Shown piece after piece: positions 1-12,625 of a DNA stretch of 64,000 nucleotides. The notes under the pieces are model-generated. The model worked only from the letters and a program-made list of their open reading frames with translations. It was not told where the DNA came from and did not search any database. Each line of letters starts with the position of its first letter. Position 1 is the first letter of the stretch. The position numbers and the translations under genes are program-made. Source of the DNA: Phoronis australis (taxonomy: Eukaryota; Animalia; Phoronida); assembly GCA_002633005.1 (NCBI GenBank), contig NMRA01000104.1:62001-126000 (forward strand), given 5' to 3'.

Positions 1-2589
1 CACGCTACAATGGTTGGCAGAAAGAGGTTCATGGCTACAGATTACAGTATCTGAAATCAGGTACGTATTTAGGAAAGTAATAGGGGGGTGGCTGTTATTG
101 CTTTCTGGCTTGATGGTAATATCTCACCAAATTAGGGCACAATATGGCGAACTAGTAAAATTGGTATTTTTTTATTATTTTGTAAAAGATAAGTTGCACC
201 AAATAAATGTAGAAACAGGCAAATGAAATTTAAAATCTATCACTTGTCTTTACATTTAGTGAAGAGCCACACTTGTTAAGACTCGAAAGCTAGTGGTTTT
301 TAATATTTATTTTTATTCTTTTACCTGTTTCTACATTGTCTAATTTTATCCAGTCTCAACATATGTCATTTTAAACCAAAAAAAAACACCAGGTACTGTT
401 TTGAGCAGTTGTGGGAATGCACTTGCGACCCTGTTAAAGCAAATAGATAATTTAAAGCTTTTGAAAGGTAAAGATAGGTCAGTTTTTGCAATTATTTTTG
501 TCTGATATTGGTGATATTTTACTGTACTTGGGGCTTGACTGAGATGTTGCTGTAAAGTGGTTGCACAACTGTAAGTCCCCCCACTTGTTCGTGTTGAAGA
601 ATATGGTAAATGTATGTACCCCAATTGTACATGTTGAAGAGTATGGTAACTAGGCCCCCAGGTTAATGCCGCTGAAGACCTGAGGATTGAAGGTGTTGTG
701 CAGTATTGAATTGACCTATCGCCTGCATTTTGAGTGATGGCTGAACTGACCTATCAGAACGCAGCATTCTTGACACACCTTCGTTTCCAAGCCGCCATTT
801 TACCCGACAAACACGTTGCGGGTTAAAACTTATTGTTTGTTTGTCAACATTTTGTAGGGGGCGGAGCTTGCGATAGGTCAATTATGATTGGTTAATTTCG
901 ATCCAAGTTGGTATGGTTGGCATAGCGAAGTTGCTCAAGACTATTCTCCAGCATTGCACGATATTTCTCTTGAACTCGTCTTTTAGGAAGAAATTAATTT
1001 GAAATTTGGGTTTTTTCAATACATGTAATCGGTACTTTGTATTTGTCTGTCAGCAGTCCATGATGTGACAAGTAACTCCAACATGAGTAAGTGCTATGTT
1101 CAGCCCAGATTCCTGTTAACTTGAATGACTGCAGGCTGCCTCATTGTGTTCTGTTGGAATGTATTACATGCTACACATACTATTACAATAATAACAATAT
1201 AACGCTTTTTGTTTTAGCAATCCCCTCTTCCAATGTTCAAGTTTTCTGTTGTTTTCGTTCATTACTTTAACAAAGCTACCAGAGATTTTGTTAGGTGTTG
1301 ACCATTGGACTGGATCCAATTTGTATTCAGAATGTCCTTTTTATTTTTCCTTAGTATGGACAACTGTTCCATTCATTTGTGGCAGCAACTCTGTGCTTGT
1401 CCTGTTCTCTTTTCATGTTCATTACGTGCTTGCGAGTTCAAGCGGACACACAAAGAATCTGCATCTTCTTTAATTTAATGAAAATTGTTGTATCTTGTAA
1501 AAATGAATATATCGTGCACAATTGTGCTCTTTTATGTCCTTGTATGAAAACTTCTCATCATTTGGCAAGAACATGTTTAGGAACTGATGAGGCCATGCAG
1601 CTCAGCCTCAAAAATTCATTTCAGTAGGTCACGTGGTCTATATCGCATTTATACTAATCAAACAACTATTTTATGACAATATGGTTAAGTTTTACATTCA
1701 TTTCTACTGACTATCTGATTTTTTAAAAATCCTGACAGATTTTTGTTGTTGCGCATCATTGTCCTGAACAAAATATCATCAAAATGTCTGGTTATGCCTC
1801 CGTTATTGTACAATATGACGTGTTCTTGTTCATTCCTGTTGTCGTGGTGATTGCAAACTCATTGTGACTGGGACAGTTGATCTCGAGATGTTGCCTTGTG
1901 CATTTGTCTGTATCCATTCGACAGTACACTATTTGGTGTACACCATACTTGAAGCGACTTTCCACTGCATATGTTGAGAAATTTCTGAAAAAGTAAAATT
2001 ATTCTTATGTGTTGTTTTAACGACTTCTGACCTACCTTGTCATGACCTCTCACCTTTGAACTCCACTTGACTGATATTTGGGCATGCATGATGACTATTC
2101 TATTGTTTCCGCATGCTCCCACTTTAAATACCTTAGTGCTGTACTAAATGGATACACTGTTTGCCAGGCAGTGAACCCCATAAACTCTGACTTGATCTGT
2201 TCAATCAAACGTTACCAGTCATATACAGTCGGCATAATGTCACCTGTGACCGCCACCAATGTTTTACAATTTACCGCGCTGCATGGCATGCCTTTAGCTA
2301 TGGATCCAGTTTTCTGTTGTAATTTATAGAATGTATACCTTACGTTATGTTGTTTTAAGATTTTAGTGAGTTATTCAGGAATTGGTCGGTATAAAAATAT
2401 TTGACAAAATGAAATTAAACTAAGATCAAATTGTTCTTAACTTTCGTAAAGCCATTTGCCAGTCCTATCTAGAGCTGAGGGCTGAATTCTGCTCTTGTTT
2501 CGTTACAGTTATTGACCGTATTGCTCTGCATTGTTACATGTTTTGTCCAATGCCTGACGCTGATGATATCAATGTAACTTCTTTTACAG

Positions 2590-4385
2590 GTTCCATAGTT
2601 GAACCAAAGGTGGCAGCATTGGCCGGTCCTTGGTATGTGGCTGTCATTGTGGGTGCCGTTGTCTTGATTATCATTATCATACTCATACTATGCATGCTGC
2701 TACGCCAAGGAGAGACGTATCCAGGTAGTTATGGTTCAGGTGTTAATGGTCTCCTAGTCTATTATCTAAGTATTTTCTTTGCTTGATTTTCTACCAGCAA
2801 GATAATGATTCTTGGATACTAAGCCAAAGGGTACAGTTTTTGTAAATAATTGATAAAAATAAAATAATTTAATATATTGATTTCACATTTTACAACTTTT
2901 TTCAAAATTTCCTGCTCCTGCCTTTTTGCTTTTGTCAGTACAAAATAACTTTTTGTGTGTATTTTTCAGTCGGTAAGAAAGAGCGGGCAGCTGGCCATGA
3001 TCCCACAAAAGACGACAGTGGATTCCATGATTATGTTAGGCCGTAAGTTTAGTCCACCCACAATTGTAAAACAAGTCCAGTGTTCTCCACATTCAAGCAG
3101 TGTTCCCGTTTACAACCTCTTTAAAAATTTAGATAATATGCAGCACGTGCATATCATACCAAAAGCAATACTTTTTTGTCCAAAATGAAAAAAACATTTG
3201 TCGCGAGCTGTTTCACCAGGTCAGAGGTAAAATCACACAGGTAGTGGTGACCTGTTAAAACCGGTCGTGGAGAACACTGATACTGTCATGTCACTGCATC
3301 TGTAGGTCCCATTTGACTAAAACACTTGTGGCTGTGTTCAACCGGCCTACTTGTCTAAGCTAATGAAGGTGCTTCAGTTGGAAAATTCAAAAATTGTAGT
3401 GTGGACTTTAAGCTGAGCAAAATGTTTTGAGAAGTCTTAATGAGCGGTAACCTAAATAGTCGATTCGCTCACACGAATGGCTGTATTATTTTTTTTCACA
3501 TTTGTACGATTATATTATTAGAATGCATGTGAACCAAAAGAATCATCGCCAGATAAACTAGACAAAGAGTTGTAAGTTTAACAAGTTTAATTCGCAGCAG
3601 ACAATACAACGAGGTCGAACCAGAAGGGGTCTCCCCAAACACAGTCGTACGAATAACAATGCAATGGCGCATTTCACCTCTCCTTCAGCAAACAGTGGGT
3701 CATGAGTTTTTGGCCCCATTACGGCATGGTGGCACTGAAACTGTCTTTTTGTTACCTAAAAGTAAACAAGTAGTGCATGTTTTGGGAGCTGAAATTCTTA
3801 GGAAACGGGCCTTTATTGGCACTTACAAGGAAGTCTTGTTTGTATTAAATGAGTGTGGAAGCTGAAACATGAATGGGTGTTTAAAAGGGAAACTTGGAAA
3901 TATTGGGGGTGAGTGGTAAGTCGTAGATAGTCATTAATGGGCACAATTACGGTAACCACGGAAACACTGGAAAAGATGTTAGTACAAAAAGGTTGCAAAT
4001 CTACAATTAGATGAACAAACAGCTGATCAAAATGAAATGAGTGATTTAGAAAGTTCTCTCACTGCTCCCATTGAAAATGTTCTGTTCTGATGTCGATGGC
4101 ACGCTCTTCATTTCTCTTGGGTTTTCTAGGTGTCAGGAGCCCACAAAAGGTACAGACAGTAGTCCATCCTCACTTGATGACAGTTTTAGTAGTGATTATA
4201 AACCTGCCTATGATGATGGGTTAGACAGTGTTATAGGTATGGACGACATTGATCCAGGCAAGTTTAATGAAGATGGATCATTTATTGGTGCCTATGGAGA
4301 TGAAGAGCCAGAGAACACACCTGCAAAGATTGGTCACGAACCCTATTTGTTTCAAAACAATCACGGTGTGTCGGTGTTTATTTAA
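2590..4385 (+). CDS. L1CAM/neuroglian-family cell adhesion molecule, 3' end (TM helix and cytoplasmic tail); exons 2590-2724, 2970-3042, 4130-4385
   Basis: GT-AG exons join in phase (1,1,2) to give GSIVEPKVAALAGPWYVAVIVGAVVLIIIIILILCMLLRQGETYP-VGKKERAAGHDPTKDDSGFHDYVRP-CQEP...GKFNEDGSFIGAYGDEE...VSVFI*. TM helix, GxxYPV-x-KE juxtamembrane motif and NEDGSFIGxY ankyrin-binding motif are diagnostic of the L1 family. Ectodomain exons were not found in the window. Confidence 0.9.
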
Positions 4386-4988
4386 GCATGTTACATAGAA
4401 TGTGTGTTTCTGTCTTGTACTGGCTGATAGGAGTCAACAGTTGATGAGTGTACGATAGAAAATAGTTTGGTACCAGTGAAGGACATGGACTTGGAGTTGT
4501 TGTTCTTAGTGATATCTGTTGGGAGGAAAAGAAACTAGTCTCTAATTAAGTGCCAAAGATCTGTAGCATTCTCTGTACTAAAATAGAGACTAAGCAATAT
4601 ATACTGCCCAAAATTATGCAAGTCAGTGGGTGCTACTAGCTGGATGTTTTATTTGCCTTCACCAGTGGAGTTAGGGGTGGTTATATTATTGGTAGTGTTT
4701 GTCTGCTATTTGTCTTGTGGCCACAGTTTTTAATGGCCCAGTCCCTCACTCATTTTGACATATACTGCCAGTACTGGAACACTAAAACTGATTAAATTTT
4801 CAGTTTGTTTAGTACTCGCCTACAAAAAGCAATGTTAAAATTGGGGCTTTAAATATATTTCAGAGTCTGGTTGATTTTAAGTGTATTTTATGTCTGTCAT
4901 TGACCACATGATTCTGTTTTGCACAGTCACTAAAGCTCATTGTCTTGGTTCATGTTTTGTTGTGAAATTTTTTTTTTTTCTTTAATAC

Positions 4989-5080
4989 AACAGGTGAATG
5001 TTAATAATTACACATGGTAATGCAACACAACAGGTGAATGAATGTTAATAATTACACATGGTAATGCAACACAACAGGTG
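4989..5080. repeat. tandem duplication, about 40-45 bp unit
   Basis: caacaggtgaatgttaataattacacatggtaatgcaaca occurs twice plus a partial third copy. Confidence 0.85.
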
Positions 5081-5167
5081 GCGTGGCGTTCATTGTTTGT
5101 TTCCATGCCAAGATTCATCACTTGAATTTTATTTATTCAACTTCGGAAGTTTGTGACTTTGGCTCAA

Positions 5168-5416
5168 CGGGGCTTGGAATTTACCTCCTTTTAGAGGATT
5201 TCCTCTTTTGGTTTTGATTTCCTCTTATTTGATTTGCAGTTTCCTCTTTTTTCATGTCTTTTTATCATTATTTGACTTTATTCATGCAAAAAAAACATTC
5301 ATTTCAGTTAAATTTTACAGCACAAAAAATATTTCTATCACATAAGCCTAGTTAATGTGGATCCATTCATCACCTGGAAAATTTTCGTTATTTATCATTG
5401 GTCATTTCAAGCCCTG
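5168..5416 (-). mobile_element. CAGGGCTTG-TIR MITE (hAT-like), copy 1
   Basis: Ends cggggcttggaat ... atttcaagccctg. Interior is the reverse complement of the copies at 40937 and 54059. Flanks gctcaa/gcttaa. Confidence 0.75.
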
Positions 5417-7475
5417 GCTTAAGTTCATTGACCCTTACTAAGCACACTTTTCTTGTGGTGGAGTGTGTGGTTTCCAGTCCCATCTAAGTTGTTAGGGCTT
5501 ACATCACAGGTGATTTACTGTGTGTGCACTTCTGATTAAATTTGGCTTGAGGTACTGCTCACAAACTGTATAAAAAATGGCCAGAACAGGCTCTGGCATT
5601 GGGCAGACATAGCCTATACAGCTACAATGTGATGGTTCTTGGAGCCAAGCCTTGAATCCTTTCAAATGGAACAACCTTGGGTTAAATAATATCCTACACA
5701 TTTGTAAAACTTTTTAAGGTTATTGTTTATTTAAGGTTATTACCCTGATAGTGTCATGTATACAATGTGATTATTACAGTAAAGTCATGTCAATTTAGGA
5801 CAAGATAAAGCACTGAGTAATGCTCTTCCATGTTCAAGGTCTGTACCGTAGTTGCCATTTGACAACATTTTGAAACAATGTTAGAAGCCCTTGAAAATGG
5901 AAAAATTGTGATTTTGGCAATTGTTCTTTTATGAAATTGGTGGTTTTTAACATATGTGGGTTACATGTTGTTGGTCCAGATAATTTCCTGTTATCCCTCT
6001 TGTTACCAATATTCAGTACCAACATTTCGGTGAATTGTGGCGAAGACAAGAACAAGAAATAGAGAAAGAAAGAGTGCTGTTAGTGTGAGGGACATTACTT
6101 TCCCTGTCATATTTCTTCAAATCTCTGAATGTAACCTGATGCTTGTCAAGAATGTAACAAAATAATTGACAAGTAAGCATTGTGTCCTAATTAGTGCATG
6201 TGACAAGTTAAAAGTGGATCTGGTTTTTGGAGAACTGTTGATGGTGATCTGAGTAGTGAGATGAATGAAGCAGTGGAATGTAATCTTAAAAGGAGTTAGA
6301 CATCACAAGCATTGACCACCAGATGTCAGTGTTCATGTTCACTGTAATCTCTTGCTTTTTGTACATGTTACACTGTATTTACTTGCTAAGAGCAAATTAG
6401 TAATGATTAGTTTATGTTGCTTGCAAAGCTTCAAACGTGCTGTCTGCATGGTATTACATTCTGTGTTAGTAAACATATCAACATTTTGTACGGTAATACC
6501 GCATATCATTCAATGACAATTATTTTTGTATCAATTATTGCAGCATCTGGCAACCAACTAATCGGTTTTGTTATAAAAAGGTTGTAGGAACAAATATTTG
6601 TATGTGTATTTATTGTCTTACTTGGTGCTCAAATGCTCATTAAATTATCCTGTGTGTATAATCAGCAGATCCGTGTAGGTGGTTTGAAAATCCGATGGCA
6701 TGTAGACCAGCCAAACATACTGAGTGCACAATGTTCTTAATATTATATTAATAATGAGTAAAATGCTTTTAGTCCTGGTGGATTTAGGATATAGTAAAGG
6801 GGACCCAACCACCATTTTTTAGGGAAAGTTTAGCCACAAGCTCGGAAATAGCATGTGGACGGCGTTTCCATGTCCCGAAGAGGGTTGGTTTCTAAGTCAT
6901 GGACCCCAAATATGCCTGTGCTTAGTTAGGCTTTGTACAGCTACTGTTTTCAGAGGAGTACACTGACGTATAAATTATAACTCACCCCACCCTACACATT
7001 AAGATACAGTGTAACTGATTCACTTCTGGCCCACAATAAACTGCTCAACTCTATGAACCTCAAACCAAAGGTCTTAGAAGGCAGATGGAACTTTTTGGTC
7101 ATTCTGAAACCCTGCTGTCACCCTGATTAAGTTAGCTGGCCTAATTACTCAGTATAACCTTTGTGATTCTGGTGTATCATAAGATTTTCCTGTTTTTAGG
7201 ACTCTTAAGTTTTCCAGGTTAAAGTTGGTACTCTGTTGATTTGAGACTAGGTGCTTGCTGGATTTAGCATTTTTCATGTAAACTATTAGACCAGTGGTTG
7301 CAGACTGAACACAGTTTTTTTGAAAATGAAATTTTGTAACTATCTGCTAGCTCCGAGCACCAGGTTGTGTATATTAATGCATGCTAGTTTGGTGCTGATT
7401 AAATGTGCCACCCTTACGAAGCAAAGAGTGACGCATCGGTCGTAACTGATATCTAGGTTGATGCTATTTGTATAA

Positions 7476-7481
7476 AATAAA
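7476..7481 (+). terminator. candidate polyadenylation signal of the L1-family gene (3' UTR about 3.1 kb)
   Basis: AATAAA followed by T/GT-rich sequence; no coding signal between 4385 and here. Confidence 0.4.
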
Positions 7482-8158
7482 CTTTTGTATCCCTCACACT
7501 TTAGTTGTATTTATCCCTGTCTCGTCCTCTTGGGAGTGCATGCAAATGTGTAAGTAAAACTTCTATTGGTTGCAAAATGAGAATAACAGTGGCACACAAG
7601 AGCTAACCACCGACGGGGGTAGTCTATTCATGTTTTCGATGGTACAGATTTGTGACGGTGGTTGTTCCTGACGGTACCTGGCGATACCCATATGGAGTCG
7701 CAGTATCAGTACTAAGACGGACTGTCCAGCCCTCGATCCTCCAATACCAGTTGTCTCATTCCACCTGCACCATGTTGCACTCCACCCTCACTCTACAGGC
7801 TTTACAAAAGTGTACCATTATAAAATATAGATGTTCCTCTTTAGAATCCTCGTTTTTAGGATTCTTTAAGATAATAAACTCGTCTCGTCCGTCTAGCTCT
7901 TTAGTGTAAAATAACCCACCAACGTTCATAAATTAACCCTCAAACGGTTTGGAGCAAGTTTGACAGCTCTGCGACAGGTAGACTTAGGCTGACGATGAAC
8001 CAGTAAGCGTGTGTTCTCTCTAGCGACGATATTTTATACACTTGCTGGGGGGTCCATTCAAGATCATTTTGAACACCAACATGGCCGAAAAATAACTAGG
8101 CAAGAAATAGTAGACAATACCATCATTCGCTATGTTCAAAATGACATTTCGGCTAACG

Positions 8159-8195
8159 ATTTTGGAATGGCTCAGTCACTGAGCCATTCCAAAAT
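8159..8195. repeat. perfect 18-bp inverted repeat with 1-nt spacer
   Basis: attttggaatggctcagt-c-actgagccattccaaaat. Confidence 0.9.
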
Positions 8196-10829
8196 ATTGA
8201 GCATTGATCCATAGTCACGAAAAACCTGTGTTCAATGAGCAGCTCACATGTGAGTACCGCACGCTGGCTCAGTTTCGATAGGGCTGCGGGCAAAGATTCA
8301 AGGTAACTATATGAAAACTTTGCTGCGGGTTTCCTACGTGTCAAAGATTTTATTTGACCGTGTGTTGCATTCACACTCTCTACTTGCATGCTCCTCTTCC
8401 GATGTCACGTGTTCACTGTTTATTTCGCTTCGTAAGTGTTCATTCCACTCATTGCGTTATATGATGAGAAATGCAGTCTCGAAATATAGCTCGGTGTTTT
8501 ACTTCGCACCTGCATACTTGAAGAAAGGAGACTGTTCCGAAATCATACGAGAGTAGTCCTATCAGTATCAAACTTGCAAATTAACAAAAAGTCTAGTACT
8601 AGTGCTATAATTAAAGAATGCGCTGAATATCTAAAACTTGCGAGGACTGCTTTAAGTGAAATGTTTTCTAGGTGTATTTTTCAATGACAAAATCATTATA
8701 AACAATCTAACGATTGGGAAGATATACTGTTTCTCGATCCAATCCTGGATATCAAAGTCACAGCATCGTTGCTGAAATTCACGTGTAATAATGGCAGTCT
8801 CGTCTACGCTTTGTTGTGTACAAACAATTCCAAAACCATACGCAAGTAGCAATAACAATCGTTTGACATTTGCCCAGCAACATTATTTTGTTCATCCACT
8901 TCCAGCTTGCGATTTTGGTGACCTCAGTCATGATTCACGCGTGGACGGATCTTATACGCATTTTGATTAGCTGCTGTCAGCGGTGTTGGAATTAGAAACA
9001 TGTATCGTATTGCACACGGATTCATAATTTCATGGTTCATTTTAAAACGAAAATTTGACATGGAATATTGACTTATTTCATAGTTCATAATTATTTCAAT
9101 TTGAATTGAATGGAACTGGAAACCTAATTAATACGCTAGTAACTCGATTATCTGAATAAAGCGGCTAGGCGGGATCCCTTTGATCGTGACTCCTGAGCGC
9201 GACACAGCCAAGGTGGCACGAAAAATACTGTCTAGTTCAATCTTTCAAACCCGAACGTTTTCCCTGATCATGAGGGTTTAATCTTGTTTTGTTGAAATGT
9301 TTAATGGATGCACTGATGCTGATGCCGATGCCTAGCCGGCCATTGATCTCGGTGTCTTTTCGACACTGAGCTGACAAAGCCTCCCGAGGCGCGAGCAGCA
9401 CTGAGAATCTCAGCCAAAGGATTAGGAAAGTTGTCTGTGACAGTTTGGGTTACAGGTTTACATTTCTTTGTGTTAGCAATATTTTAAAACCTCTCTGTTC
9501 TTGGATCCCGGTTTACTTTTATTACGTTTATCTTGTCGCACGAATGACTCGGAGACAAAACGTGACAAACTCTATGAAAGCATGAGCCTAGCAGTGCGCT
9601 ACGTTCCGAGTTGAAGAAAGTTTCTGTTGCCCCTCCTTGTGTCAGCCACGGCAGCCGGAATTTCTCCATGGCATCGTCAGAAAAAATCCAAAAAGTTACA
9701 AAGTCATTGCGCGCATGAGTTTTTCCTTAGTTGCAGGTTCATTTACCTCTGAAGTTCACTTGTACTGAGGCTTTCTTGACGATGCCAGAACTGCACACAA
9801 TTTTCCATGAAACACGTGCAGACGAAGTAAGCTTTTAGTGAAGGAACACTACATGCAGGAACACGGTTGTGTTCCCAGCAGTAAGTTGATCGTTGCGACT
9901 CGACATTGCTGCCTAAAATTCGTATTCTCTGATTGGCATGCATTATCATGAAATTGGATTTTGCCTTAACATAGTGTGGACATAAAATAGCTTTCCTTAA
10001 TTATTAAATATAAGCCTGCACTCAAAAGTATCGATCTCATGCAGTCAACGATAGGAGCTACCGTTTACGCTTATGGTCTTTGCCCTAGTTCTTCTTACAT
10101 TCAGTGGAGATTGGGACGTTGAGGTTTCCAGAATGTGTGAACATATAACATTAGTTCAATGAAGTCTGTTGATCCAGCATCCACTACGTATTACTATGTT
10201 TAATTTGTTCAACGAGAACGAAGGAAGGGAGACCTAGTAGGCCTGTGCACCGCGTACTGTCACAACTGAGCCTGTGTGCGTCCTAAAACACATACGTTGA
10301 GCTACAAGTAGGTCTATTATAGTAACCAAACGCACAAACGCCGGTGCATTTTACATGTGTCGTACAATGACGCGCAGAAGATGACGCTGTTTCTGTTGCA
10401 ACTGAAACTGGTCGTAGAGTTAATAAACTTTGTGTGTCAGTAGAAACTCAACTACTGTGTTAGTTTTTATGCTGCTCTCCATCAACTTGTTGCTGCTACC
10501 TTGTTAGCCAAATATCTATTTAACGTTCAACCATGCAAGAACCGGGTTACCCAACTACTATACATGCACAAGCAATCCCCACAACAAAATCAATTTTAAG
10601 ACATGCCTTGTTTTGGAACCAGTATAATTGCTTTCTGCTTTAGCCTGTAGTCGCACTACGTCAAATGAAAAATAAAGAGCAGACAAAAATACCCTCGTTT
10701 CTATGGTATACACAACCCAAGATGAACCAAAACTTGAAAATTGCCATAATGAAATGTTAAGGCGAAGTGACTGAGTTAAAAACAAGCCGGGTTTCCTCTA
10801 TGGAAAGCCAATTTGGAAAAAAATTCTAG

Positions 10830-11116
10830 CCGACACACTGAAATTTTCTATTCAAAATTTATTCTCTACAGGACCAAAAACCTCGCTGGTTCCCTAGTGC
10901 GTGCCGCTAGGTAGTAGCCTGCTGGTTACCACCTAGCGGCACACAGGGAACCAGCGAAGACCAAAATTATACTCAAAACTAAAATTCATCGCACCAGGAC
11001 CTATAATTTATCACGTCAGGACCAAAATTTAACACGCCAGGACTGAAAATTTATCACACCAAGACACAAAATTTATTTCGTCTCGAAAATTTCACTCGTC
11101 AGAAAAATTTCACACG
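10830..11116. repeat. degenerate minisatellite, about 22-bp unit (aggaccaaaattttatcacgcc-like)
   Basis: Recurrent caggaccaaaattt / aaattttatcac units; interrupted by the palindromic element at 10881-10959. Confidence 0.65.
10881..10959. mobile_element. 79-bp palindromic mini-MITE
   Basis: cctcgctggttccct...gtgccgctaggt pairs with acctagcggcac...agggaaccagcgaag; flanked by accaaaaa/accaaaat (candidate 8-bp TSD). Confidence 0.7.
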
Positions 11117-11124
11117 TCATTGTC

Positions 11125-12625
11125 TCAGGGACAGACATCACTGCACATTGGACAGGTCCACAAGTGCTCAGTCCTTCTCTGCAGCAGCCAAGAAAGAGTC
11201 ACACTGCTGATGGTTCCCATGCTGAGCTGATTAATCCGGTATCTACTTTCTCTACGTATGGTGGTTCCGAGTCTGATGCCGCTTCCTCTGACAACATGAA
11301 GCTCAGTTAGTCTTTCCAAGCTGGTGCTTTCTGAGGGAGCCTCCATCTCCTGGTCTTTCATTGCCATCAAAACCTCCTTCTCGCTCCAAGTGACATCTTC
11401 CAAAAGTTCTGCCTTTCCTGACAGGTCATCTGCTCTTTCATTCCCCGTCGCTCCAGCATGTCCAGGGGTAAACAACCACACCAAATGTTTCAGCCTGCTT
11501 CCTTCTATTGCTTCCTTCCATTCTGGTTTAATGTAGCCACTCTTGATTTTGCTTAGAATGCTCTGCGAGTCCATATCAATCACTGCCCCTGTATAGCTGG
11601 TGGCCAGTACGGAGCCATCCGAGAGCTGCTGTGGCTGCATGTTCTTCCATCCGCATGCTGCTGGTTGTCATCAAGTATATGCACCACTTTGCTCTGCAAC
11701 ACACCGACCTCTCACGCGTGCTGTGAATCCCCAGCCTGATTTGACACCCGGCCCTGACGACTGACCCATCTGTGAAGATTAATGGCATCCGTTGGTTTGC
11801 TGTTCTCTTCAATGAGTGCACAGACCTCAGTGTTCATAACTATTCCACTGCGTTCTCGGCATTCCCGTCCCAGTGTCATGACAACCTTTGTGCAATTAGC
11901 CAGTGTGTCCCTAATAGGTACCCACTCTTTGTCTCTCCTTATGGTCCCAGTCCTGGACACCGAAGCAATTGTATCCTCCGCCTGAGCCAACCAAGATCAT
12001 CGCGTTTGAGTCGGCTTCCCCTATCTATTCCTATTTCTTTGTGCAGGAGGTGGTCTCTGTCAGATGCCACTCGGAAGAGTGCCTTGACTTGAGCATGCCT
12101 GTGTGGCTGTGTGATGCTTGGTAATCCAAGAACATGGCGAATTGCATCAGTTGATGTGTTTCTAGTGCAGCCCAAGACTACCCTCATGCCTTCATTCTGA
12201 ATTTTTTCAATTTTGGATACCTGGGTCTGTGACATAGTTGTTATCCCAAAGCCATAGTCTATGATAGCCAAAACAAGAGCCTTAAATAACAGCAGCAGTA
12301 ATTGTTGTCCAATTTTACTATTTGCCATCGTCTTAAGTGCCTAGAGTCCTTTTGCACACCTTTTGACCAAGCTGTCTGCATGCTCCTTGAAGCTCAAAGT
12401 TCGATCCAAGGCTATGCCCAGGTATTTGAGCGTGTGAGTTCTTTTAATCGTGGAGCCTTCTATTTCGACGGCTGGCATTACTTTGTTAACCACTCTGTTG
12501 TTGGGTGGATTAATCACTGATCCTGTCTCTTCACACCATGTTGACACATCTTTGAGGTGTGTGCTGATGCCTTCGGCCATTCTGATGTGGTCTGTCTCAT
12601 GTGCATATACAAGCGCGTCGAAAAT
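11125..12625 (-). mobile_element. degenerate, 5'-truncated non-LTR retrotransposon (I-group/Ingi-like): RT C-terminus, RNase H, terminal CxxC
   Basis: Consecutive frameshifted minus-strand ORFs: DALVY...WCEETGSVINP...LKYLGIALDRTLSFKEH (RT palm/thumb), IIDYG...IEKIQNEGMRVVLG, IFTDGSV and WLFTPGHAGATGNERADDL (RNase H), HLWTCPMC at the C-terminus. Confidence 0.9.
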
